Sequence record: OM816836.1 | Strand: one strand, 5' to 3' | Origin: Klebsiella phage vB_KpnP_BUCT711 | DNA: 38,367 nucleotides | Shown here: positions 7,289-14,532 of the stretch, piece after piece | Position numbering within the stretch: position 1 is the stretch's first letter | Layout: each line of letters begins with the position of its first letter | Position numbers and translations under genes: made by a program | Notes under the pieces: model-generated | The model's database searches: none | The model's input: the letters and a program-made list of their open reading frames with translations, nothing else | Told to the model about the DNA's origin: nothing

Positions 7289-7438
7289 ATGCAATGGCAA
7301 ATCATTAACGGCTGGTACTGCGTTACGGCATGCGGGCTGATGAGCTGGAAGTTTCGCACGCTGCCGGAAGCAATCAGCTGGGCATTCGTCAGCAAACTGG
7401 CAGCAAAAACGGAAATGGGTATGGGGGTGAGCAAGTGA
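7289..7438 (+). CDS. small protein (49 aa), first gene of the rightward operon, not in ORF track
   Basis: MQWQIINGWYCVTACGLMSWKF...; SD GAGG 6 nt upstream of ATG; stop overlaps the next start. Confidence 0.35.
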   Translation: MQWQIINGWYCVTACGLMSWKFRTLPEAISWAFVSKLAAKTEMGMGVSK

Positions 7439-7734
7439 ACATTCAGCAGATTAACAACCTGAAAAAAATCATGAACAACATCGACGGCGACTACCAGCTT
7501 AACCAGATGCTGTACGAGCGCCACGTCGAGCTTATCGACGCGATCAAGTTCCATCAGCTGCAAAAGCCATTCTACGAACTGGAGCGCAAAGGCGTGCGCA
7601 GCGAGATCCTGGAAGAGCTGATGATGAGCTCTGAGTTTGAAGAATGCCTGGCCGCGTATCAGCGGGAACTCACCGGCATCATTGCCAAGTGGGATCTGGC
7701 TGACCAGCTGGATACGGCGAGGAACGCGGCATGA
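7435..7734 (+). CDS. hypothetical protein (GTG start; ATG alternative at 7471)
   Basis: Frame of the track ORF 7330..7734; GTG at 7435 preceded by GGGGGTGAG. The antisense ORF 7192..7794 is rejected. Confidence 0.45.
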   Translation: MNIQQINNLKKIMNNIDGDYQLNQMLYERHVELIDAIKFHQLQKPFYELERKGVRSEILEELMMSSEFEECLAAYQRELTGIIAKWDLADQLDTARNAA

Positions 7735-7985
7735 GCAAACAAACAGGTGGACCAGCCTTCCCGGTTTCCGATGGTGCCGCGCATCGGATAGCAATGCAGG
7801 TGGCCGGTGACAATGAAGCTAAATACATTGCCGAATCAGCAAAAGCACTCGCCGGAATGACTCTCCGCGATTACTTCGCAGCCAAGGCTATGCAAGCAAT
7901 GATAGCAGCACATGAGCCCGATGACGCGATTCCTGGATGGGCATATGGAATGGCAGACGAGATGCTGAAGGCTCGGGAGGAGTGA
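7731..7985 (+). CDS. hypothetical protein
   Basis: 84 aa; ATGA-type coupling both sides. Confidence 0.5.
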   Translation: MSKQTGGPAFPVSDGAAHRIAMQVAGDNEAKYIAESAKALAGMTLRDYFAAKAMQAMIAAHEPDDAIPGWAYGMADEMLKAREE

Positions 7986-8806
7986 TGACACCAGGAATTT
8001 ACTTCGACATCAGCAACGAGGACTACCACGCCGGCGACGGCGTGAGTAAGTCGCAGCTGGATATGGTGGCGTTGAGCCCGGCCCTTCTGCAGTGGCAGAA
8101 ATCAGCACCGGTCGATACCGAAAAGCTGAAAGCTCTGGATATGGGGACAGCCCTGCACTGCCTGCTTCTGGAGCCGGAAGAGTTTGATAAGCGCTTCATC
8201 GTGGCGCCACCCTTTAACCGCCGAACAAACCAGGGGAAAGCTGATGAAGCGGCTTTCATGAAGGATTGCGAGGGGAGCGGGAAAACAATTATGGAGGCGG
8301 AGCAGGATCGTCAGTTGAAGCTGATGCGTGACAGCGCAATGGCACACCCGGCAGCGCGCTGGCTGCTTGAGGCGGAAGGATTCTGCGAAGCCTCCCACTA
8401 CTGGACAGATCCGGAGACTGGCGAGCTGTGCCGCATACGCCCGGACAAGCGCCTGAAGAATCACCCTGTCCTGTTGGACGTGAAGAAGGTTGCCGATATG
8501 GAGCGTTTCTCACGCCACATTGAGGAATTCCGGTACCACGTACAGGACGCGATGTACCGCGAAGGCGCGCAGCAAACCACCGGCGATCCGCATGGATTCT
8601 TCTTCCTGGCAGTGAGCAAAACCATTGACTGCGGCCGCTACCCGGTACGGGTGTTCGAACTGGATGCGCAGGACGTGGATACAGGGCATGCGCTCTACCG
8701 CCGGGATCTGAATACCTATCACCAGTGCCGAGAAACCGGAGACTGGGGTGGATTTGAAGTTATTAAACGCCCTGAGTGGGCACGTAAACAGGATATGTAC
8801 GTATGA
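7985..8806 (+). CDS. PD-(D/E)XK-type exonuclease, RecT partner (YqaJ/lambda-Exo-like role)
   Basis: Starts MTPGIYFDISNEDYHAGDGVSKSQLDM after SD GGGAGG; D...DVKK...E acidic/lysine motif; translationally coupled to the downstream RecT-like gene. Confidence 0.6.
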   Translation: MTPGIYFDISNEDYHAGDGVSKSQLDMVALSPALLQWQKSAPVDTEKLKALDMGTALHCLLLEPEEFDKRFIVAPPFNRRTNQGKADEAAFMKDCEGSGKTIMEAEQDRQLKLMRDSAMAHPAARWLLEAEGFCEASHYWTDPETGELCRIRPDKRLKNHPVLLDVKKVADMERFSRHIEEFRYHVQDAMYREGAQQTTGDPHGFFFLAVSKTIDCGRYPVRVFELDAQDVDTGHALYRRDLNTYHQCRETGDWGGFEVIKRPEWARKQDMYV

Positions 8807-9684
8807 GCAACGATATCGCAATCACTTCTCAGCCTGGCGCTACCGTCGGCACCGCCGCGGCAATCTTCAGCCCGGAAGGGATGGATCGCCTAGTGCGATT
8901 TGCCACCCTGATGGCTGACAGCAAAGCCACCGTTCCTGCGCACCTGGCTGGAAAGCCAGCTGACTGCCTGGCGGTGACTATGCAGGCGGCGCAGTGGGGA
9001 ATGAACCCGTTCGCGGTGGCGCAGAAAACGCATGTGGTTAACGGCACGCTTGGCTATGAAGCACAACTGGTTAATGCGGTTGTCTCTTCCTCAAACCTTC
9101 TGGCCACTCGCCTGAACTACAAATGGGATGGCGACTGGTCAAAGGTAAGCGGGAAAACCGACAAATCTCCGAGCCTGACAGTGACAGTGTGGGCAACCCT
9201 TAAAGGCGAATCTGAGCCTCGCACCCTGACCATCAGCATGGCTCAAGCCGGCGTGCGCAACTCCCCTCTCTGGGAGCAGGATCCGCGTCAGCAGCTGGCT
9301 TACCTGTGCGTTAAGCGCTGGGCACGCCTACACGCCCCTGATGTTCTCCTTGGCGTCTACACCCCTGACGAATTGCAGGAGGCAGCACCGCGTGTTGAGC
9401 GCGATATTACGCCAACACCAGCGACTGCATCCGGCATGAACAAGCTGATCAACACCAAGCCTGAACAGTTGGCTGAAGAAAAACCAAAGAGCAGCGACGA
9501 CCGCGATCCAGAAGAAATTCTGTGCGCTTTCACTGACGCGGCGATGAACTACAACACGCTGAAGGACCTGGACAACGCTTACAAATACGTTGCCAAAAAG
9601 CTCGCTAACGATGATGAGCGTCTGGCTAAAGCTACCGACGTCTACAGCATCCGCCGCGAAGAGCTGAATCAAATCCCGATGTAA
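8803..9684 (+). CDS. RecT-family single-strand annealing protein
   Basis: 293 aa; N-terminal region ...KATVPAHLAGKPADCLAVTMQAAQWGMNPF... resembles RecT (by eye); acidic C-terminal tail; gene order exo-recT. Confidence 0.7.
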   Translation: MSNDIAITSQPGATVGTAAAIFSPEGMDRLVRFATLMADSKATVPAHLAGKPADCLAVTMQAAQWGMNPFAVAQKTHVVNGTLGYEAQLVNAVVSSSNLLATRLNYKWDGDWSKVSGKTDKSPSLTVTVWATLKGESEPRTLTISMAQAGVRNSPLWEQDPRQQLAYLCVKRWARLHAPDVLLGVYTPDELQEAAPRVERDITPTPATASGMNKLINTKPEQLAEEKPKSSDDRDPEEILCAFTDAAMNYNTLKDLDNAYKYVAKKLANDDERLAKATDVYSIRREELNQIPM

Positions 9685-9692
9685 TCACCACC

Positions 9693-9709
9693 GCGGCGCC
9701 CGGCGCCGC
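9693..9709. repeat. 17-bp GC palindrome GCGGCGCCcGGCGCCGC between recT and alpA-like genes
   Basis: Perfect inverted repeat; followed by an A-run on plus, so not a canonical plus-strand terminator. Confidence 0.4.
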
Positions 9710-9730
9710 ACTGAAAAAAGAGAGGTAACG

Positions 9731-9979
9731 ATGAAAGGTGCATTAGGCAAAAAGGAACTGCTGGCGGTGGTGCCTGTATCGATGAGCACTATCGACCGCA
9801 TGGAGAAAAACGGGGAGTTCCCTAAGCGTTTCTGGATCACAGACAAGCGCTGTGCCTGGAACAGCGAAGAGATCGAGCGCTGGCTGGATGAACGTCAGCA
9901 GAATGGCACAACGGAGTTTGCTGGGAAAAAGCCTCCGGTTGAGCAGCGAGTATTTCGCCCGGTTGGTAACGCGGCGTGA
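9731..9979 (+). CDS. AlpA-family phage regulatory protein / excisionase-like
   Basis: 82 aa; LLAVVPVSMSTIDRMEKNGEFPKRFWITDKRCAWNSEEIERWL is the AlpA/Xis-type wHTH pattern; SD AGAGAGG. Confidence 0.7.
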   Translation: MKGALGKKELLAVVPVSMSTIDRMEKNGEFPKRFWITDKRCAWNSEEIERWLDERQQNGTTEFAGKKPPVEQRVFRPVGNAA

Positions 9980-10088
9980 CGTCGCTGGCGAGGTACTGGG
10001 AAAGGTGGTCAGGATGGTTTCTGTACCTGGCCGCCGTATCCGCCTGGCTGTTCCTGCTGGCGGTCATTTTTCGAGAGGGTTGGATACG

Positions 10089-10382
10089 ATGAATCGGATG
10101 GAAAAATACCACGCGGATTATGTCTCTCAGCGCAAAGCGCCCCCTCTTGTCGCCGTAACGCCGGCGGCAATGGAGATCGAGCAGCGCGCTATTGCTCGCG
10201 AGAAAAAAGGCCAGTACCGCCTGGCCGCTCGCCTCTGGCTTGAGTGTATGGATGCGGCCACTGGCGAGGTTGAGCGGGCCCGTATCGCTATACGCCGCGA
10301 TCAGTGCATTGGCCGCGGGAATCGGCTTCGCCAGGGATGCTATGCCGGGATCTGCGCCACCGCCGGGGTGATTTATGACTAA
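10089..10382 (+). CDS. PerC/ANR-like small regulator (start uncertain; 10014 alternative with better SD)
   Basis: Motif AIAREKKGQYRLAARLWLECM fits the A..LE.KG..RRAA.LW signature of the PerC family as remembered. Confidence 0.4.
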   Translation: MNRMEKYHADYVSQRKAPPLVAVTPAAMEIEQRAIAREKKGQYRLAARLWLECMDAATGEVERARIAIRRDQCIGRGNRLRQGCYAGICATAGVIYD

Positions 10383-10533
10383 CCCACACGACAGCATTCG
10401 CGTAGGCAGTATCACGCTGGTTTATTCGTCCGTGCGCCGTGGCTGGCTGGCGCCTGGCGGCCAGGTTATCAGAAACCCATTGAAGGCTCAGCGCGTGGCG
10501 GAGCAACTGAATAGCAAGAAGGGGGTAGCATGA
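10375..10533 (+). CDS. small ORF (52 aa), not in track
   Basis: MTNPHDSIRVGSITLVYSSVRRGW...; stop overlaps the MT-A70 methylase start (ATGA). Confidence 0.3.
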   Translation: MTNPHDSIRVGSITLVYSSVRRGWLAPGGQVIRNPLKAQRVAEQLNSKKGVA

Positions 10534-11123
10534 CGGGGAAATACACTCTTATCTACGCTGACCCTCCCTGGGTTTACCGTGACAAAGCAGCAGACGGCGA
10601 GCGCGGCGCCGGTTTCAAGTATCCAGTGATGAATGTTCTGGATATCTGCCGGCTGCCAGTATGGGAACTCGCCGCCGAAGATTGCCTTCTGGCTATGTGG
10701 TGGGTACCGACTCAGCCGGTAGAGGCGCTGAAAGTCATGGAGGCCTGGGGATTCCGTCTGATGACCATGAAGGGATTCACCTGGCACAAGACGAACAAGC
10801 ATAAAGGGAACAGTGCGATCGGCATGGGCCATATGACCCGGGCGAACAGCGAAGACTGCCTGTTTGCCGTGCGCGGGAAACTACCGGCCCGCATGGATGC
10901 CTCAATCTGCCAGCATGTCACGGCGCCGCGCCTGGAGAACTCGCGCAAACCGGACGTTATCCGCGAGAAACTGGTGCAGCTGCTTGGCGATGTCCCGCGT
11001 ATTGAACTCTTCGCCCGCCAGTCGTCTCACGGTTTCGACGTATGGGGGAATCAGTGCACGGCGCCGGCGGTTGAGTTGCTGCCAGGCTGCGCAGTGCCGG
11101 TAGTGAAGACGGAGGCCGCATGA
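10530..11123 (+). CDS. MT-A70-family DNA N6-adenine methyltransferase (orphan)
   Basis: YADPPW motif at the N-terminus (DPPW catalytic motif of MT-A70/Dam-like MTases); 197 aa; no adjacent nuclease. Confidence 0.85.
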   Translation: MTGKYTLIYADPPWVYRDKAADGERGAGFKYPVMNVLDICRLPVWELAAEDCLLAMWWVPTQPVEALKVMEAWGFRLMTMKGFTWHKTNKHKGNSAIGMGHMTRANSEDCLFAVRGKLPARMDASICQHVTAPRLENSRKPDVIREKLVQLLGDVPRIELFARQSSHGFDVWGNQCTAPAVELLPGCAVPVVKTEAA

Positions 11124-11311
11124 ACATTGCCGAAGAGGCCTCGCTGATACGACAACTCGAAGAGGCGCGCGCCATTATCAACCAGAGGAATGGTGAGATC
11201 CTTCACCTGCAGCGAGAAGCGGCGCGCTACCGTGAGCAGCGGGATTCTGCAAACGCGATGGTTAAGTTCCTGCGCGGTCTCTTTGAGAATTCTTCGCAGG
11301 CGACACAATGA
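11120..11311 (+). CDS. small coiled-coil protein
   Basis: 63 aa; ATGA coupled to the methylase. Confidence 0.4.
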   Translation: MNIAEEASLIRQLEEARAIINQRNGEILHLQREAARYREQRDSANAMVKFLRGLFENSSQATQ

Positions 11312-11327
11312 GCCGCCTCCGGGCGGA

Positions 11328-12578
11328 CTATTGTTCATTCATCCACTTTTCAAATGCAGACGGGGAGAACGGCACCAGGTCGTAATGCTCCCCGTTTATC
11401 CATGCATCAACCATATTTGCCCACTGCTGCAGCATGTAGGCCCGCTGCCGGGAATACTCGGCCTTGTTGTAAACCGCCCTCACGCCCTTCTGTTCATGCG
11501 CAAGCGCCTTCTCTATCCAGTCTGACGGGAATCCCGCTTCATGCAAAAGCGTGCTCGCTGTGCGCCGCAGGTCGTGCACCGTGAGAGGTTGCAGGCTCTC
11601 CCCGGCATCCGCTGCCGCAGCAACCGCGCGATCGATGACTGAGTTCAGAGCGGCATTGGATAGCGGCTTACTGGTGCTGTAGCGACCTGGCAACAGATAA
11701 TCACTCCCGCCGGCGCACATCTGCAGGCCTATCATCAGATCCTGCGCCTGAGGCGGCAGGTAGATGACGTGCGACCGGCTCCCCTTCATCCTGTCAGATG
11801 GGATCGTCCAGGTTCCTTTGCTGAAATCCACCTCTTTCCACGTCGCCATGATGAACTCGGTTTTGCGCACCATCGTGATCAGGATGAGCTTCACAGCCAG
11901 CTTTAAGGTTGGCAAAGTGCTGACGGTATCGAGCGACCTGAACAGCACGCCGATTTCTTCAGGCTGCAGGCAACGGTCACGCGGTTTAAACATGGCGATC
12001 GCTGAAGGTTTGATATCTGCGGCCGGGTTGAATAACCCGTGCCCGCGGTCATTGGCGTACCGGTAAACGCTGCTGATGATTTCACGCGCCTGCACCGCCG
12101 TCGCACGTCCGCCGCGCTCGACTATGCGATCGCAAAGATCACGCACCATAGGGGTCGTTATCTCGGACATCATTTTGTTTCCGAGAACAGGCAAAATATC
12201 CCGGTCGATTACTGATTGCTTCATAGCCCGCGTGCTGTCAGCCAGGACCACATGTTTCATGTAGGCGTCGGTATGTACCGTAAATGTTTCGGCGCCGCGG
12301 ATCCGCTTGATACCGTCACGCTTCGCTGCAGCCGGCGACTGGCCTGCGTTCAGCAGTTTTTTAGCGGCTATCAGCTCATCCCTGGCTTCAGCCAGTGTGA
12401 TACCGTCACGACCATACTGACCGATAACCAGCGTCTCCCGGCGGCCGTTGATGCGGTAATCGTAACGAAACGAGATGGTGCCTGAGATCAGCACGGCTAC
12501 ATACAGACCGTCGCGATCTGAGACCTTGTACATTTTGCCCTGCGGTTTCAGGTTTTTTAGTTTGGTATCGGTAAGCAC
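11328..12578 (-). CDS. int: tyrosine integrase (P4-like, arm-binding N-domain)
   Basis: MLTDTKLKNLKP...GLYVAV N-term (DUF4102-like); HDLRRTASTLL and LAHEQKGVRAVYNKAEY catalytic motifs. Confidence 0.9.
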   Translation of the reverse strand: MLTDTKLKNLKPQGKMYKVSDRDGLYVAVLISGTISFRYDYRINGRRETLVIGQYGRDGITLAEARDELIAAKKLLNAGQSPAAAKRDGIKRIRGAETFTVHTDAYMKHVVLADSTRAMKQSVIDRDILPVLGNKMMSEITTPMVRDLCDRIVERGGRATAVQAREIISSVYRYANDRGHGLFNPAADIKPSAIAMFKPRDRCLQPEEIGVLFRSLDTVSTLPTLKLAVKLILITMVRKTEFIMATWKEVDFSKGTWTIPSDRMKGSRSHVIYLPPQAQDLMIGLQMCAGGSDYLLPGRYSTSKPLSNAALNSVIDRAVAAAADAGESLQPLTVHDLRRTASTLLHEAGFPSDWIEKALAHEQKGVRAVYNKAEYSRQRAYMLQQWANMVDAWINGEHYDLVPFSPSAFEKWMNEQ

Positions 12579-12619
12579 ATTTCACCCGTGATGCATCATT
12601 TGTCTGACGGTACGAGAGT

Positions 12620-12634
12620 ATACCGTAATGGTAA
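12620..12634. promoter_or_regulatory. imperfect operator aTACCgtaatGGTAA overlapping ATACCGT repeats upstream of int
   Basis: 14 of 15 match to the genome-wide motif; embedded in 3 direct ATACCGT repeats. Confidence 0.35.
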
Positions 12635-12694
12635 TACCGTCAGGTATACCGTCAAAAAATGTGAGATAGAGTGAATAGTTTTGAAGTGATATAA

Positions 12695-12729
12695 AGAAAA
12701 ACCCTCTGTAAAAACAGAGGGTTGCATTT
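12695..12729 (-). terminator. rho-independent terminator ending the lysis cassette
   Basis: Stem CCCTCTG/CAGAGGG (7 bp), loop taaaaa, followed on the minus strand by TTTTTCTTT. Confidence 0.6.
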
Positions 12730-12861
12730 CAATTTGAGTAGATATGATTAGCTATAAGGTAGCCGTTAATCATTCCCACTCAATTATTTACAGGCATCGT
12801 AACCAATTGACTGAAAACAACATTTTTAAAAACAAAATCCAAGATACCGTTTTATATACCG

Positions 12862-13362
12862 TCACCGGGAAATTGTGCCCCGCTTCGTCAGTTCGTCATA
12901 TTGCCTTTCGCAGACCCTTCCGGCTTCAGCTGCCCGGTCAGCGTATTCTGCCAATTGCCGGTTTCGTTCGAGAGATTTTTCGAGCACGTCGGCAAGCAAA
13001 ACTCCGGTGTCTGCGGCTGACGTCCCAGCGCCGACAGTGGCGTTATACTGCCTGAGCTGCTCACGGATGGCAACGAGCTGCTGCTGCAGCCGGCCAGCGC
13101 GAGCGGCAGCATCAAGAGCATCATTGCGCGCCTGGTCGATCCTCTGCTGCGCTTCTCGTTCATTGGTTGCTTTCTCCTGTTCGTCATGTTGACGGGCTTT
13201 CTCATCTTCTGCTTTGCGGTCAGCCTTCGCCTGCGCATACCCGGCGTCGTACTGTCTGTCACCGTGAATATTCCAGACTACAACGCCGCCGGCCACCAGA
13301 GCAGCAAGCATCGACACGATAAGCAACTGTTTCCAGTATGCTTTCACGAATGCCGTGATCAT
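12862..13362 (-). CDS. i-spanin (Rz-like)
   Basis: N-terminal TM (LLIVSMLAALVAGGVVVW) then a long coiled coil; ATGA-coupled to the endolysin. Confidence 0.7.
   Translation of the reverse strand: MITAFVKAYWKQLLIVSMLAALVAGGVVVWNIHGDRQYDAGYAQAKADRKAEDEKARQHDEQEKATNEREAQQRIDQARNDALDAAARAGRLQQQLVAIREQLRQYNATVGAGTSAADTGVLLADVLEKSLERNRQLAEYADRAAEAGRVCERQYDELTKRGTISR
12888..13124 (-). CDS. o-spanin (Rz1-like lipoprotein) embedded in the +1 frame of Rz
   Basis: MMLLMLPLALAGCSSS lipobox (LAGC) followed by a Pro/Ser-rich periplasmic segment; wholly inside Rz. Confidence 0.6.
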   Translation of the reverse strand: MMLLMLPLALAGCSSSSLPSVSSSGSITPLSALGRQPQTPEFCLPTCSKNLSNETGNWQNTLTGQLKPEGSAKGNMTN

Positions 13363-13838
13363 GATTCATTTACCGACGCGGAACCGGTCATTAACGGTAA
13401 TTCTCTACCATCCTTCGCCACATTAACCGGCCAACGGTATCCGGTAACCCTTTCCCTGGAAAATGAACGAATGTTAATTGCATCAGACTGGTTCCCGCCA
13501 AGAACCATCAGGTCGCCATTTTTTTTCTTACCGACAACAAATCCGACATGGCCTCCGCCGTCACGGCTGAATACCACCACACAACCATAAGCTGGTTCTC
13601 TAATCTGAACCCCCCAGTTGAGATAGGATTTTGCAGATTCGAAGCGTGTTGATTTAATTCCACTTCGTTCGAGCATTGCACCTACGAATGCGGCGCACCA
13701 TGGCGTTTCATCATCTTTAATCCCACCACGCTTAATGTCTTTCCAGAATTGAATAATCAGTGGGTTATGACGTGGTCCTTTAATTTCCACCTGGCCAATA
13801 TGTTTACGTGCTTCTGTAATCCAGGGTAACTCACTCAT
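13359..13838 (-). CDS. endolysin, TIGR02594-type (probable NlpC/P60-CHAP-like cysteine peptidase)
   Basis: MSELPWITEARKHIG...WCAAFV...GHVGFVV (Cys/His pair) in the lysis-cassette position. Confidence 0.6.
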   Translation of the reverse strand: MSELPWITEARKHIGQVEIKGPRHNPLIIQFWKDIKRGGIKDDETPWCAAFVGAMLERSGIKSTRFESAKSYLNWGVQIREPAYGCVVVFSRDGGGHVGFVVGKKKNGDLMVLGGNQSDAINIRSFSRERVTGYRWPVNVAKDGRELPLMTGSASVNES

Positions 13839-14131
13839 GATGACCTCGATATTTTGAATATTTGCACGACGTTGCCGCGCGTCTTCAGCACCGCGGCGAA
13901 CATCACAGCATTGATAACGACCTCAGAAAGATCTGCGGTCATAGGGAAGTGGTACAGGTATGAGTACGCGGTGCGCAGCGGGATACTGGCCGCCGCCACG
14001 ATGAGGAAATAGGCTATCCACCCGCCCCAGCGGCGGTGGCGCGATCCGTTGCGCTGGAAGAACATCACCCGTAGCGCTATCCCGGCGCCGCTGATGGAAT
14101 CAGCGATAAGCAGCAGATCATGACCTGTCAT
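13835..14131 (-). CDS. small membrane protein (holin/antiholin-class)
   Basis: 98 aa, 2-3 TM; strong SD GGGAGG; overlaps the holin end. Confidence 0.5.
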   Translation of the reverse strand: MTGHDLLLIADSISGAGIALRVMFFQRNGSRHRRWGGWIAYFLIVAAASIPLRTAYSYLYHFPMTADLSEVVINAVMFAAVLKTRGNVVQIFKISRSS

Positions 14132-14525
14132 CGTCTTTTCCTCCCGGGATTAAATCGCGCGGATTATCAGAGCGGTGATACAGCCATATCCCGACCCGCA
14201 CCGCGACAATTGCCGCAACGAACGCGCCGGCAGAGTACACAATGCCCCGCTCGAACGAGTCCTGTGTGATGGTGGGGATCATGCTCGCAACGCCGATCAG
14301 AATTGATGCTGTGGGTTTGTAGAAGAGAAGTCCGCAGAGAAAACTCAGAATCGATAGCAGAACTCGGCGCCTGACAGGGTACTCAACTGCGGAGGTAACG
14401 AAAATTACCGCCCCAGCGAGCGAGCCAAGAGCCACTTCTGGCGGAACTCCGGCGACAACAGCTGCCATAGAACTGAAACTCAGCATCTGTGTCAGAGAGT
14501 CGCCAGTTAAAGAAGATGCTGACAT
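14118..14525 (-). CDS. holin-like membrane protein
   Basis: 135 aa, three hydrophobic helices; SD GTGAGG; first gene of the lysis cassette. Confidence 0.55.
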   Translation of the reverse strand: MSASSLTGDSLTQMLSFSSMAAVVAGVPPEVALGSLAGAVIFVTSAVEYPVRRRVLLSILSFLCGLLFYKPTASILIGVASMIPTITQDSFERGIVYSAGAFVAAIVAVRVGIWLYHRSDNPRDLIPGGKDDDRS

Positions 14526-14532
14526 ATATGCC

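Larger units (their letters stand above)
12579..12861. other. probable attP region with integrase arm-type direct repeats
   Basis: ATACCGT at 12620, 12634, 12646 and again at 12843, 12855, flanking about 190 bp that contains a terminator hairpin; directly upstream of int. Confidence 0.45.

Noticed and set aside
7192-7794. 200-aa minus-strand ORF
   Set aside because: It is antisense to three well-supported, translationally coupled plus-strand genes. It has no RBS and its protein is low-complexity.
9837-10415. 192-aa minus-strand ORF across the AlpA/PerC-like genes
   Set aside because: It is antisense to plus-strand genes with recognisable domains. It is Arg/Ala-rich in a way typical of a GC-rich shadow frame.
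11328-12578. Internal integrase position as evidence for two tandem prophages
   Set aside because: Gene content is non-redundant, with one set of structural, lysis, replication and immunity genes. The window ends join into a conserved motif, so a single permuted genome explains it.
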